From: Dictyostelium discoideum
Taxonomy: Eukaryota
Assembly: GCA_000004695.1 (NCBI GenBank)
Contig: CM000151.3
Location: forward strand, 5,344,001-5,408,000
Reading direction: 5' to 3'
DNA length: 64,000 nucleotides
The notes below the pieces were generated by a model. It saw nothing but the letters and a program-made list of their open reading frames with translations, was not told where the DNA came from and did not search any database. Within the stretch, counting starts at the first letter, position 1. Each line of letters begins with the position of its first letter. This document shows, in pieces, positions 14,648-27,576 of the stretch. Both the position numbers and the translations under genes were made by a program.

Positions 14648-17600
14648 TTAAAGTTTAACAATATCAAAAAATGGTTGAAGATCTTTGTTGTAAGAGATTG
14701 CAGTTTGGGTAATTTTTGAGAAATCTTTTTCAGTAAAGAAACCTTGAACACCAACTTTGTTATCAACAAACAATTGAGCAGCTTTCTTTGGATCTTCAAA
14801 TTGGAGTATAAATTCAAAGAGAATCTTTGGAATGGAAGAACCACAATCATCCAAAACCTTTGTGAAAGCATTGGCAAATTGTGTAATGGTGATGAGACCC
14901 TCTTGATTTAATACAAAACTATAGAATACAGAAGCGACCGATTTAAAGGCAGATGGACGATCTTCGAATAAATCTGGTAATGAAGAGATGAACAATTCAT
15001 AACCACTCTTGAATTGAGCTGTTGTGAAAAGTTTTTTATCAAAAACCGAGGCAAAGATTAATTTCTTGATCAATGGCTCATCCTTTTGTTTGGAACATGC
15101 AGTACTGATCAATTGTGAGATAACATGTGGATAAAGATCTGTTGATGGAACATAACTCTTTACACATTCCATAAACTCTTCTTCATCTTTAAGTTCTAAG
15201 AATTCATTAATACTATCAGTGATTGATGTTGATACAGCATCCCATTTCTTTTGAATTTCTGAATTGGCTGAATTATTTGAAGTTGAATTATTACTATTCA
15301 TATTATTCATATTATTATTATTCATATTGTTATTCATATTGTTATTCATATTACCCATTGGACCTCTATTATAATTATTATTGTTGTTGTTCATCATATT
15401 ATTACCACCACCAAAATGTTGTTGTTGCTGCTGTTGATTATTATAATTATTATTATATGGATATGGTTTTGGTTGGAATTGAGCAGGTGGTTTAATGCCT
15501 GGAGCATTTTTATTATAATTCATTGGAGGAGCCATCATTGGTTTAACATTTGGACCACCGAAATTGAATGAAGCATTAAACATATTTTTAACATTTGAGG
15601 TATTCTTTACACCGGTTGGATTAGATTTACGATTATCTTCTTGTTTATTTTGAGTAGCTTCAACTTCTTTGAGAGTTTTAGCGGATTCATCAACCTTAAG
15701 AGTCCAATTGCTATTCTTTAAATCCATGACATTTTGAATGAGGAAACGAATACGTTGAGAGAGTGTTTGAGAGTTATCGACCAATTGTTGCATTCTTTGG
15801 AAATAAGATGTCAAATATTTAGAGGCTTGTTCATTTTGACTAAGAGTTTTACCAACGATGGATAAGAGTTTACAGAAACATTCCAATTTAATTTCGGATG
15901 GACGTTGAAGTTCACCAATCAATGAGACCATAATACCATGAACGATCTTTTCTGATAACATTTGTTGTTTAAACAATTCACCAATGAATTTGATGAGACC
16001 AAAGATACGTTTTCTCTCTTTGAATTGACCTTCTTCGAAATCAGTTTTCTCCTCTGGTTTCAAATCCTCTGGTACTTTATCGACGGTTTCAAATGGAATC
16101 TTTTCATATTCCTTTTGACAAGTAGAGAGTAAAAGAGTTCTAAAAACTGCTTTGACATTATGTTCTTGATCGAATTCATCTCTTTGTTTGTTGCTCATCT
16201 TATGGTAGTTTTCGGTTTCAATGACACCAATCTTTTCAAAGACTGCTCTCTTGGCAATCTCTTTTTTAACCTTTTCAAATTCAAAGATTTTCTTACATAA
16301 ATTGGTGTACATAGTACAGAATTTACTTTCATTGAGTGCTTTGTCAAAGATTAAATCAATGGTACCTTTGTGAACTTTTTCATCATCTACAATACCAAGC
16401 TCCAATAACTCTTCAGTGAGAACATCGAATTTCTCTGGTGTAATCTTATTGAGAATGAAATTTGCCTTTCTCAATACCTTTTGACTGTCATCCAATGCAT
16501 TGACTTTGGTTGGAACCCAACGTTTTTCATTGACTGGTTGAGAAGAGATTGATGGTTGAACTGGATCTCTAGAGAAGGTGATACCATAGGTTGCTTGTTG
16601 TGGTTGGTATGGATTTGGTTGTAAAGTTGGTGGTGGCATACCTTGTTGAATTTGTTGTTGGTATTGATAACCTGGTGCATATTTATTAAAGTTTGGATTA
16701 CCTTGTTGTTGTTGTTGTTGACCTTGAACTTGGTTGTTATAGTTCTTTGGTGGATATTTCATATTCATTTGTGGTGGATATTTCATATTCATTTGTGGTG
16801 GATAGTTTGGATTCATATTCATACCACCCATACCCATGTTTTTGTTTTGTTGATTACCACCAATCTTATTGCCTGATCTATTCAATTGATTTTGATTGGT
16901 ATTGGTTTCAATTTGATTCTTCAAATCCTTTAATGGACCAGTTGGTTCTTCCATTGATTTTGGTTTGAGACTCATCATCAATTCCTTTGAATAAACAATT
17001 TTTTCACCACTATTTCTAAATACCAATGATGTAGCTGGTGTAATAGAAGTTGATGAATCAGATGATTGAACAATATTGAAATCTTCTTCTCCTTTCTTTT
17101 CCCATTCTTCAAGTTCTTCTTCAACCTTACCATTTGTTGTTGTTGCTGCAGCTGTAGTTGATACAGTTGCTGTAGTGGTTGAATCAGTTGATTCTTTTTC
17201 AACAGTAGTACTAGCAGCAGTTGAATCAGTAACTGGAGTTTCTGGTTTAACAATTGGCTCCTCTTTCTTTTCAGTTACTGGAGTTACTGGTGTCTCTTCT
17301 TGCTTTTTCTCTTCAGCAACAATGATTGGTTCTTCTTTGGTGTCGGTAGTAGTAGATTCAACAACTGATGGCTCTTCTTTAATTGGTTCTACCTTGGCTG
17401 GTTCTTCTTTTGTTGGTTCTTCATTTGTTGGTTCTTCCTTTATTGGTTCTTCCTTTGTTGGTTCCACTGGTGGTTGGACTTCAGTTGGTTTAACCTCTTC
17501 TTTTGGTTGCTCTTCCTTGGTTGTTTCCACTGGTGATTGAACTTCAGTTGCTGGAGTGGTGGTTGAAGTTTCAGCTTCTGGTGTAGTGGTGGTAGTGGTA

Positions 17601-18382
17601 GTATCAGTAGTAGTAGTGGTGGTGGTGGCGGCGGCAGTGGTGGTAGCAGCAGCAGTAACAACATTTGATTTGTCTGGAGTTGTAGTACTTGAGACAGAAT
17701 CAACGGTAGTAGGAGTTGAAGGTTTACTAGTAGTTTCAGCTTCAGTGGTTGACTCTGCTTTTGAAGATGGAGTGGCAGGTGTTGAAGTTGTGGTTGAAGC
17801 AGCATCTTGTTTAATTGGGGTAGTTTCACCAGATTGTTTATTCTTTCTCAAATTAACATTACCACTACTGAATGAAGTGACATAACCACTACCTGAAGGA
17901 GTTGAGCTGCCATTAGCATTGGTTGGTGATGATGATGATGATGATGTATTTGAAGTTGGTAAGACTGTCGAGTTTGTTGAAGATTTTGGTGGTGATGTAA
18001 TGATGACCTTTTCATTGGTTTTTGGATCAATAATTTCCAATGTTTTCTTCACTGTAGTTTGAGGAATCATTTGATTAACCACTGGCACAACTGGTGGTTG
18101 TCCATAATAAGGATATGGAGGTTGTTGTTGAAAATACATTTGTTGTGGATTTGGATATATTGGCTTACCAAATTGTTGTGGAGGAATCACATATTGAGGT
18201 GAATGTTGAATTGGTGTTCTCTTCTCTGGTGTAAATCCTTTAATGTTATTTTGATGTTGATGTTGTTGTTGTTGCTCTTCCAAACTTGGCGGTGCTGAAT
18301 GAGTTCTTGGTATATTTGGTATAGTATTCTATAAAAAAATAATAATAATAAAAAATAAATAAGTAAAATTATTCAATAATTT

Positions 18383-18457
<75 letters not shown>

Positions 18458-18937
18458 TAAATATATTAAAATTTTAATACAAACATGTTGAACTGATGGT
18501 TTCAAAGCACTTTGTTTTCTATTTGCATTTTGTTGTTGTTGATTTGGTTGGTTTGGTTGAATTACAACATGTTGTGGTGAAGATGGTGATGATGATTGAG
18601 GTGATAAAGGTTGTTGTGGAATTGGTGATGGTTGGGATGGTTGTGGTTGTTGTGGTTGTTGTGGTTGTTGTTGTGGAATTGGTGATTGATTATTGAAACC
18701 AGGTGGTTGTTGTGGTATTGGTCCTGTTTGTTGTGAAACAAAATTTGGTTGTTGTGGTGGACCTGGGTAGAATTGTTGTGGATTTATTGGTGCTTGATAA
18801 TATTGTTGTGGTGGATATTGTTGATAATTTTGAGGTGGATATTGTTGATAATTGGTTGGAATACCTCTATTATTGCTATTGTTGTTGTGTTGGGGTGGTT
18901 GATATGGTTGTTGATTTGGTTGATATCTAAAATTCAT
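14648..18937 (-). CDS. eif4g: eukaryotic translation initiation factor 4G (MIF4G + MA3 domains), 2 exons: 18937..18485, 18328..14648 (minus strand)
   Basis: Exon 2 aligns to the eIF4G MIF4G domain (KVLRKANFILNKITPEKFDVL..., IKFIGELFKQQMLSEKI, LECFCKLLSIVGKTL, IRFLIQNVMDLKNSNW). The C-terminal part is MA3-like (EEFMECVKSYVPSTDLYPHVISQL...). Exon 1 has ATG at 18937 and is a Q/P/Y-rich N-terminus. It ends ...ALKPSVQH before GTTTGT, a non-canonical but plausible donor. The 156-bp intron contains the (AAT)n microsatellite. The acceptor tttttttatAG (18329-18330) is preceded in frame by a stop, explaining the TTG 'start' in the ORF track. A possible eIF4E-binding-like motif KIVYSKELMMSL is present. 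Confidence 0.8.
18386..18457. repeat. (AAT)n microsatellite inside the eIF4G intron
   Basis: Direct reading. Confidence 0.9.
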
Positions 18938-19511
18938 GTAAATTCGTTTTTTGTTTTCGTCGTTTCAATATTTTTCAATTTGTATATATAATGATTTTTT
19001 TTTTAGGAAAAATTTATATATAAAAATTTTATGATTGAGTTGAGAGATTTTATTTAATAAATATGAATAAAAAAAAGATTATTATTAGCAAGTTTGTTTT
19101 TTTTTTTTTTTATATATAAAGTTTTTTTCTATATATAAAAAAAGTTTAAATGTGTGTGATTTTTTTTTTTTTTTTTTTGTATGTATTTATATATTTTACA
19201 AAAAAATAAATAATGAAAAAAAAAAAAAAAAATTTTAAAATTTTTTTTTATATTTTTTTTTTTTTTTTTTGAACACTTACTGTTGTCTTTTTCCTAAAAA
19301 AAATTAATTAAAAAAAAAAAAATTAAAAAAAATTAAAAAAAAATAAAATTAAAAAAAAATAAAAAAAATTGGATCCAATTTTAAGAATAATTATGGAAAG
19401 TTTAAAAATAAAAAAAAATTAAAATTAATATCTAAACCCATTGATCTTTTCATTTTTTTTTTTTCATTTTTTTTTTTTTTTTTTTAATAAGAAAACCATA
19501 TGATATTATTA

Positions 19512-19548
<37 letters not shown>

Positions 19549-20767
19549 TTTAATGTGATCTGTCCAAATGCAGATCATAATGGTTTTTTTTTTTTTATAT
19601 GAAAAATCATTACATACCATTATAATTTTGATTATATCCACTTTGAGGTTGTTGTTGTTGTAGTTGTGGTCCTTGTGGGGATGATGGTTGAACTCTTTGT
19701 GGTGAACTTGCACTATTTAAATGTGCTTCATTGTTTTGATCGGATTGTTGTGGTTTGTTGTTGTTGTTGTTAATAATTTGTTGTTTTGGAGCTGACATAT
19801 ATTTATAAGTTAATTAATCTAAAAATCGTTTTGAATTAATTTTGATTTGTAAAATAAATAATTTTTGCTATAAATTGAGTTTTTGTTGTTATTGTTATTG
19901 AAGGGATATTTGCGTATAAAGCTAAAATATGAGAAAAGTTTGATTGATAATAAATATTATAATCTGCGCTATTAATTTCTCTCTTTTTTTTTTTTTCTTT
20001 TCTTTTCCTTTCTTTTTTGTTTGTTTCTTTCGTATTATAGAAATATAACCACTGTATTTAATTTTAATGCTGTTAAACAATAAAATTAATATTCCAATGA
20101 GTGAACAACTGTTTTTTTTTTTTTTTTTAATAAATAAAATATTTAATTAGTTTTTAATTTTTAATATTTTTTTTATTTTTTTTTTTTAATAAATAGAAAA
20201 AAAATAAAATAAAATAATAAAATAAAAATAAAAATAAATAAATAAAATAAAGAAAAAAAGGAAAAAAAATATTAAATGAATGAATGAATAAATAATGAAT
20301 GAATGTGGATGTTTTTTTGTTTTGTTTTTTTTTTTTTGTTTTTCAAGTGATTTTAAGAATTGTTTTTAAAAGGAAAGAATGAGTCCAAGAGGAGATTTTT
20401 TTTTTTATTATTGTCTTTTGATGATTATTATAATTTGCTAAACAAAATTTAAATAATTTTTTTTTTTTTATCTTACCTTTTGCTACAATGTAATAAAACT
20501 AGAATATTACGAAAATGATTAGATGTGTTAGTGCACATGTAAAAAAAAAAAAATATACCGATAATCATAATAACATGGCTTTTTTTTTTTAAAAAAAAAA
20601 AAAAACATAATATGTGATCATTCAAATTTAGTACATACGTTTTGATTCAGGTGTTTTTATAGTCTACGAATACTATATTTGAATTTGAATATTATAAAAG
20701 TAACAAGGCCCCCTATATGTATTTTTCAAAAAAAACATAAAAAGAAAAAAAAAAAAAAAAAAAAAAT

Positions 20768-20802
<35 letters not shown>

Positions 20803-21025
20803 AATTTTTTTATTTTTATTTTTTATTTATTTTTTTTTTTTTTAAATTTTTTTTAAAGTGTAAAAAAAAATGGTGATTGATCTGTTTGAAAATCAAATTT
20901 TATTTTTAAAAATAAAAAAAAATTAAACACAAAAACATCAAAAGATTTTTTTTAAAATCTTCTTTTAATTTTATTTTATTTTATTTTATTTTAATCCTTA
21001 ATTTTTTTTTTTTTTTTTTTAAACT

Positions 21026-21065
<40 letters not shown>

Positions 21066-21928
21066 TTGTCAGATTCAAGAGATAAAATGAATTATTATTT
21101 TTTTTATATGTTTTTTAATTAATATTTTATAATTTAATTATCTTAATATATACTTTTTTTTTTTTAAAAAAAAAACTTTAGAATTAATAAAAATAAATAT
21201 TTTATTTATAAAAAAAAAAAATAAAAATTTATAAAATATTATATTTTCACATTAAAATTTATTTTATTTTTCTAATTGGTATATGTTTTATTCTAAATAA
21301 TTACCTTCTTTTATAATATTAGGTTTAATAAATTAATATTTCCAAATGGAGAAATTAATTCAAATAAATAAGCAAAGAATTAATGAAGAATCTGGGTAAT
21401 TTGGAATTCTAAAATATTCTAGTTATAGTCAGCCCTGAGAGGAAATAATTTATTAATTTCAATTTGATTGGAAATTAAATAAAAAAAGAAAGGCCCATTT
21501 CTTAATTAAAGGAATCAGATTTTAAAAAAAAAAATTCAAATAAACTAATTAATAACCATTCCTAATTTTCATTCAAATCTGGAAATACATAATTTTTATT
21601 TTTTTAATTTTTTATTTTTTTATTTATTTTTTAACCCAAAAAAAAAAAAACATCTTATTTTTTTTTTTTAAATTCATTAACAAAATTTTTTTTATTTTTT
21701 TTATTTTTTTATTTTTTTTTGGACGTGTTCAATCCAAGCGAAAATTTTATATTAATTATAAAAAAAAAACCCATTTAATAACATAGAATAAAAAGTATTA
21801 TTCAAAAAAAAAAAAAGAAAGAAAAGAGGAAAGAAAAAAAGAAAGAACGAAAGAAAAAAAAAGAAAGAAAGAAAAGAAAGAAAAAAAAAAAAAAAAAAAA
21901 AGAATATAAGAAATAAAAGAATTATATA

Positions 21929-22253
21929 ATGAATAAAAATTGGTTTGGAGGATTTTTAAACAATGTCAAACAAACAAGTGGATCATCTAGTGGGGGTAGT
22001 GGTGTAAACAATGTATCAGTTGAACCATTAATGGATAAAATTCAAGATGCGTCATCAACTATTGAAGTTAAAAAAGAGGCAGTAACCCAGTTATCAAGTA
22101 TTAATAGAAGTTGTCATCAAGCAGTTGGTGCAAGAATGTCTGTACTCACAAATTTATTAGAACAAAATAAAGATGATATCGAATTAGTCCGTGAAATCAT
22201 TCAAATTCTTACCTTAATTATGACAACTTTACCAGTATGTAAAAATATATCCT

Positions 22254-22309
<56 letters not shown>

Positions 22310-25300
22310 TTTACTAATTCCTTAATATATATAAAACAAAATTTTTATAGAAAGATGATAATATTATTGAAATTCACAATACAGAGTTATTTATTAGTGT
22401 TAAAAGTAATTTTGTAGTTATTTGTGATCTTTTAAAGGTCAATGATTATTATATTAAATATTATATTGCAAGATTTTTAGTTATCCTCATCAAAAATAGA
22501 TTCGATGCTGTACAAGAAGCAATATTATCATGTCCAATGTCAATGCCAAATATAATGTCATTATTACTTGATAAAAGAGAAGTTATTAGAAATGGTAAAA
22601 ATGAATTCCTAAGAAAAAAAAAAAAAAAAAAGTTTTTAATTTATTAACTTTTTATAATACAATTATTATTATTATTATTTATAGAGGCATTATTAATTAT
22701 TTTGGAATTAACAAAATCTAATCAAGAAATTCAAAAGATTGTTGCATTTGAAAGTGCATTTGAAATATTATTAGATATTATTAAAAGGGAAGGTTTATCA
22801 GAGGGTGGTGTAATTGTAAATGATTGTATCTTAGTTTTAAATAATCTATTAAAAGGAAATGTTTCAAATCAAGTATGTAAAAAAAAAAAAAAAAAATATA
22901 CAGAACATATGGGTTCATATTAAAAAAAAAAAAAAAAAAAAAATTTATTAATTATTTTTATATTTAGAACTTTTTTAGAGAAACTGGATGTATTCAAGGA
23001 TTATCACCATTATTAGAAGTTCAAAATACAGATATGTGGATATTATCAGATAATAAATTTAATATTATAATGTCAACATTGGATATAATTTTAACATTGG
23101 TAGAGAGAAATAATGTTAGTACACCACCAAATCAACATGTTATTTCACATAGTGGTATAATGAATTTAATCATTCGTTTAGGGTTGGGTAAAATGTCATC
23201 ACAAGTGATTCGTAGTAAAAGTTTATATACATTGGGAGAGATCATTCATTTGAATCCAGAGAATATCTCTGAATTTAGTGGTGTAACAATGAAGAGTGAA
23301 GTTTCAAAGCAAAGTCAAACTGCATTACTTCGTTTAACTACAGTTATGTTATATAGTAAAGATATCATTGAAAAAGCTGCTGCTTTTCATGTTTTTAAAT
23401 CATATTTATATAATAATGAAGAAGCTCAAATGGCATTAGCTTCAACTATAATTTCAGATTCATCTAATAATAATAATAATAATAATAATAATACAACTAG
23501 TGGTGATTCGACATCATCATCAAATAATACAAATTCAAAATCAAATTCACCAATTGATCAACAACAAAAATTACAATTAGAATTTGAAAATTTATCAATT
23601 GGTCAACATCTTTATAAGGCATTATTTAGTTGGGAAACACCAATACAAGGTAAACCATTTGATATTTCTTGTTTTTGGTTTGCAAGTGTTGTATTGTTAT
23701 ATATGTTAAAGGATTCAATTCATACTAAAGAACAACTTTTAAAGATGCCATTGGAGGTTCCAAAATCATCAGCAGAAGCTCAACAACCTGTAACTTTATT
23801 CACAAAATTAATGGCTTGTTTAATGGCTACCAAGAAACAAGATATTGATCCAACTATTAAAATTGGTTTATTGAAATTATTGGCAGTTTGGTTAGCTGAT
23901 TCTCCAAAAAGTATAAAAATATTTTTCGACGGTAATCAACATTTAGCATTCTTGGTTGAAATTATTTTATCACCTTTACCAACTGGTAGCTCCACAGTTG
24001 GTAATCCAAATTTACATTCACATATTCAAGGTTTGTGTACATTGATTTTAGGTATTTGTGCTCAATATATGGATGATGAAACTGCAGAGAAAAATAAATC
24101 AAATCTTAGTTCAATCATTAATCATCGTATCACTGTAAATACTTTTAAAGAGAAATTAGATTCATTAAGAAAATCAGATTCATTTACAAACGCTGAACAA
24201 GGTGAAGAATCTTTTGATCCTTCAAGTACTGCTGCTAAAACAATTATACTTTATGATTTTGATTTCACTATGTTCTTTAAAGATGTTTATGATAAAATTA
24301 GACATATTGGTACTAATATTAATAAACCAAGACCTGGTAAAAGACCACAACAACCAACTACCACTACCAATACTACACAACAACAACAACAACAACCACC
24401 ATCTCAACAACAACCACAACAACAACAACAACAACAACAATCATCACCACAATCATCTTCACCTTTAATTCAACAAAAATATGATCACACAACTACTCCT
24501 AATAATAATGGTTCACCACAATCACCACCAATTCAAACTGTACAACAACTTGATAATTCAATTGAATTTAATAATTTAAAAAAAGTGAATAATGAATTGA
24601 TTGAACAGTTAACTGGTATTAAATTACAATATCAACAATTACAACAACATTCAAATCAACAACAACAATTACATCAAAATCAATTACAACAATTACAACA
24701 ACAATTATCTACTCAAGTACCACTACCACAATCATCATCACCACCACCACAACAAACAACATCCGGTGCCTCTGAACAAGAGTTATTACAATTATTAGAA
24801 GATAAAGATAAGGAAATCTCCTCTTTAAGTGATGCAGTTTATAAATTGGAGGATATTGTGGTTGCTAAAGATGATCAAATTGAAGAAATTAATAATATTA
24901 TTGAACAATTGAAACAACAATTACAACAATCACAACAACAACAACAACAACAACAGCAACAACAATCATCTTCTTCATCATCACCATTTGGAAATGGTGG
25001 TAATGGATTGGATTCTTCGGACTACTTTGAACTTTTACGTCTTAGACAAGAAAATGAACCAACTCAAAGTCGTGTTCGTCAATTAGAAAATGAAGTTTCT
25101 CAATTAAATCAAAAAATAATTTATTTAACAAATGAAAATCAATTGATTCAACAACAAAAAGAAGATGCTCTCAAAAAGGTAAGTTTTTTTTTTTTTTTTT
25201 TTTTAACAAAATAAATAAAAAAAAAAAAAATTAAAAAATTAAAAAACTAATTACATTATTCCAATAGATAACCTCATCACCAACCTCTAATAATAAAAAT

Positions 25301-25465
25301 GAACCAAATTCATTAAAATTGGCAAAATTAGAAGGTGAATTATCAGAGATGAAAATTAAATACGAATCATTAATTAAAGAACAAGATGAAGTTTTATCTT
25401 ATTCAACAAAGATTGAACTTGAAAACTCAAATTTAAAGAATCAACTTTCAAAACTTCAACAATAG
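21929..25465 (+). CDS. general vesicular transport factor p115/Uso1 homolog (golgin), 5 exons: 21929..22234, 22351..22594, 22685..22872, 22968..25178, 25268..25465
   Basis: The N-terminal armadillo-like region aligns closely to p115:
- MDKIQDASSTIEVKKEAVTQLSSINR / SVLTNLLEQNKDDIELVREIIQIL
- DYYIKYYIARFLVILIKNRFDAVQEAILSCPMSMPNIMSLLLDKREVIRN
- ALLIILELTKSNQEIQKIVAFESAFEILLDIIKREGLSEGGVIVNDCILVLNNLLKGNVSNQNFFRETGCIQG
The C-terminus is a long Q-rich coiled coil. Intron phases were checked by codon counting. Donors are GTATGT (22235), GTAAAA (22595), GTATGT (22873) and GTAAGT (25179). Intron 1 contains a (TA)23 repeat. The stop is TAG at 25463-25465. Confidence 0.85.
22259..22306. repeat. (TA)n dinucleotide microsatellite in Uso1 intron 1
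   Basis: Direct reading. Confidence 0.9.
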
Positions 25466-25504
25466 ACTAAAAGCAATAAAAAAAAAAAAATAAATAAAAA
25501 TTAA

Positions 25505-25595
25505 GTTTGGAAACCAAAAAAAAAAAATAAATAAAAAAAAAAAAACTTTTGTTTGGAAACCAAAAAAAAAAACTTTTTGTGTTTGGAAACCAAAA
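25505..25595. repeat. three copies of palindromic motif GTTTGGAAACCAAAAAAAAA (stem TTTGG/CCAAA, loop AAA) spaced 46 and 30 bp apart
   Basis: Direct reading at 25505-25520, 25551-25565 and 25581-25595. They lie 40-130 bp downstream of the Uso1 stop, between two convergent genes. Confidence 0.8.
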
Positions 25596-25916
25596 AAAAA
25601 AAAAATTAAATTAAATTTCCCCAAAACATTTAAACAATTTATTAAAAATTAATTTATTAATTTTAATTATAAATAAATATAGAGATATAAAATGTGTGTG
25701 AATTAAAAGTGATCGATTGGAATATTGGAAAAAAGTTGAGAAGAGGAAATTAAAAAAAAGGTGGGTGAGTGAGTGGGTGGATGAGAAAAATGTGAAGTGA
25801 AAGGAGGGTTTAATGTACAGATGTTTGAAATGTTTTGAAGGCTATTGAATAAATAATGAAGGAGAGTAGTTATAAACTTTAAACCATTTCTAACTTATCA
25901 TTAATGATAACGATAT

Positions 25917-25959
<43 letters not shown>

Positions 25960-25982
25960 CCAATAATTTGAAAAATAAAGAT

Positions 25983-26506
25983 TTAAACCTTTTCTAATTG
26001 TCTTATCCTTGAGGATTCACTTTTTACTCTCTTTAAAAATGAAGTAATAATTGTATCTTCATCAATATTTTGGTGTGAAAAATGATGAATAACTGCTGAA
26101 ACCAACTCTGTTCTTGATGGAGAGTGTGATACCTTTAGTCTATGATATGCATTATATTTCTTTAAAGATTTAATTTCCAAAAGTTTCAAATTTACTGCCT
26201 ATATTATTTAAAAAAAAAAAAAAAAAAGAAAAAAACAAAATGTTAATGAGATCCAAAAAAAAAAAAAAAAAATACAATAAATAAAAAATAAAAATAAAAA
26301 GGAAACACTTACGGGTGAGTTTTGTGGTGTTGAGAAATTGGAAGGACTGTACAAACTTAAAATTGAATCATTTGAAAAACTATCAAAATTATTACCAATA
26401 TTTAAAACATTTGAAGGTGATGGTATAGAAGAATTTGCTGAAACTAAATTATTTGTAATATTATTGTTATTATTATTATTACTATTACTATTACTGTTAT
26501 TATTAA

Positions 26507-26600
<94 letters not shown>

Positions 26601-26824
26601 GTTGTTACTATTAAAACTATTATTATTATTATTATTATTATTATTTATACTATTAAAATTTGAAGATTGTGGTAAAATTTGTGATTGACGATTGTGTGGT
26701 GATGAAGAGGGAGAAGAAATTAAGCCACCTGGTGATGAGGTAGGTGATGGCGTTGTTTTTCCACTACTAATATTATTGCTATTTATGTTTTGTTGTTGTT
26801 GTTGTTGTTGTTGTAAAATATGGT

Positions 26825-26878
<54 letters not shown>

Positions 26879-27532
26879 GCTGTTGTTGTTGTTGTAAATG
26901 ATTATTATGATGATGATGATTATTATTTAAATGGGGAGTTTGAGAATGTGGTATATGTTGATGTAAACTTTGGTGATGATTTTGAGGTATTTGATTTGAA
27001 GGATGGTTATAATGATTTTGTAATTGTTGTTTCTTTTTTCTTGAGATAGAAGTTTTTTTATCGGCTGGCGATTTTGATAGATGTTTTTCAAATGCTTCAT
27101 AATCGAATTGCTCATCATCTTCAATCTTTAGGTAATGTTTTCTTTCATATGGATATAAATATTTTAGATAATGAATTCTAAGACGAAAGCCGGCATCCGT
27201 TCTCTCTGGGTCCACTGCCAAATCAGTGGTAATTTGTCTCCACAATTTATTATCGATCACTGCCTCTAAGCCACCTCTTGAGATTACACAATTATACAAT
27301 TTATATAGATTCAATTCTTTATGATCAAAGATTGGAATCTTTTCAATTGGAGTACCTCTTTGTGTCATAAAATAAAACAAATTTGAAATAAATCTCTTTT
27401 CCTCAGCATCATCAACTGGTTGAATATTGGGACTATTATTACCATTATTTTGTTGTTGGTTTCCATTATTATTATTATTATTATTATTATTGCTGCTGTT
27501 ATTATTATTTACATTTGAGTTAATTCCACTCA

Positions 27533-27533
<1 letters not shown>
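25983..27533 (-). CDS. ARID/BRIGHT DNA-binding domain protein, 2 exons: 27533..26313, 26198..25983 (minus strand)
   Basis: An ARID core is recognisable: EEKRFISNLFYFMTQRGTPIEKIPIFDHKELNLYKLYNCVISRGGLEAVIDNKLWRQITTDL. There are long poly-Asn and poly-Gln tracts. Exon 1 ends ...SNFSTPQNSP in phase 0, followed by minus-strand GTAAGT (plus 26312-26307). A 114-bp intron ends at ...taatatAG. Exon 2 runs AVNLKLLEIKSLKK...RIRQLEKV to the stop (plus 25983-25985). Confidence 0.75.

Positions 27534-27576
<43 letters not shown>

Noticed and set aside
16471-17885. Multiple antisense or alternate-frame ORFs inside the eIF4G exon (16471..16680, 16643..16968, 16978..17253, 17076..17540, 17440..17829, 17556..17885, 17848..18030, 15223..15495)
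   Set aside because: They overlap a strongly supported eIF4G reading frame. Their translations are V/L/S/Y-rich repeat shadows of the T/P/Q-rich sense strand.
18283-18283. ORF-track methionine starts at 18283, 13200, 22702, 45258, 49352, 32514, 60656 and 26189
   Set aside because: These codons are TTG (or lie internal to exons). The real genes begin at upstream ATG exons or join to upstream exons through introns, so I did not use them as start codons.
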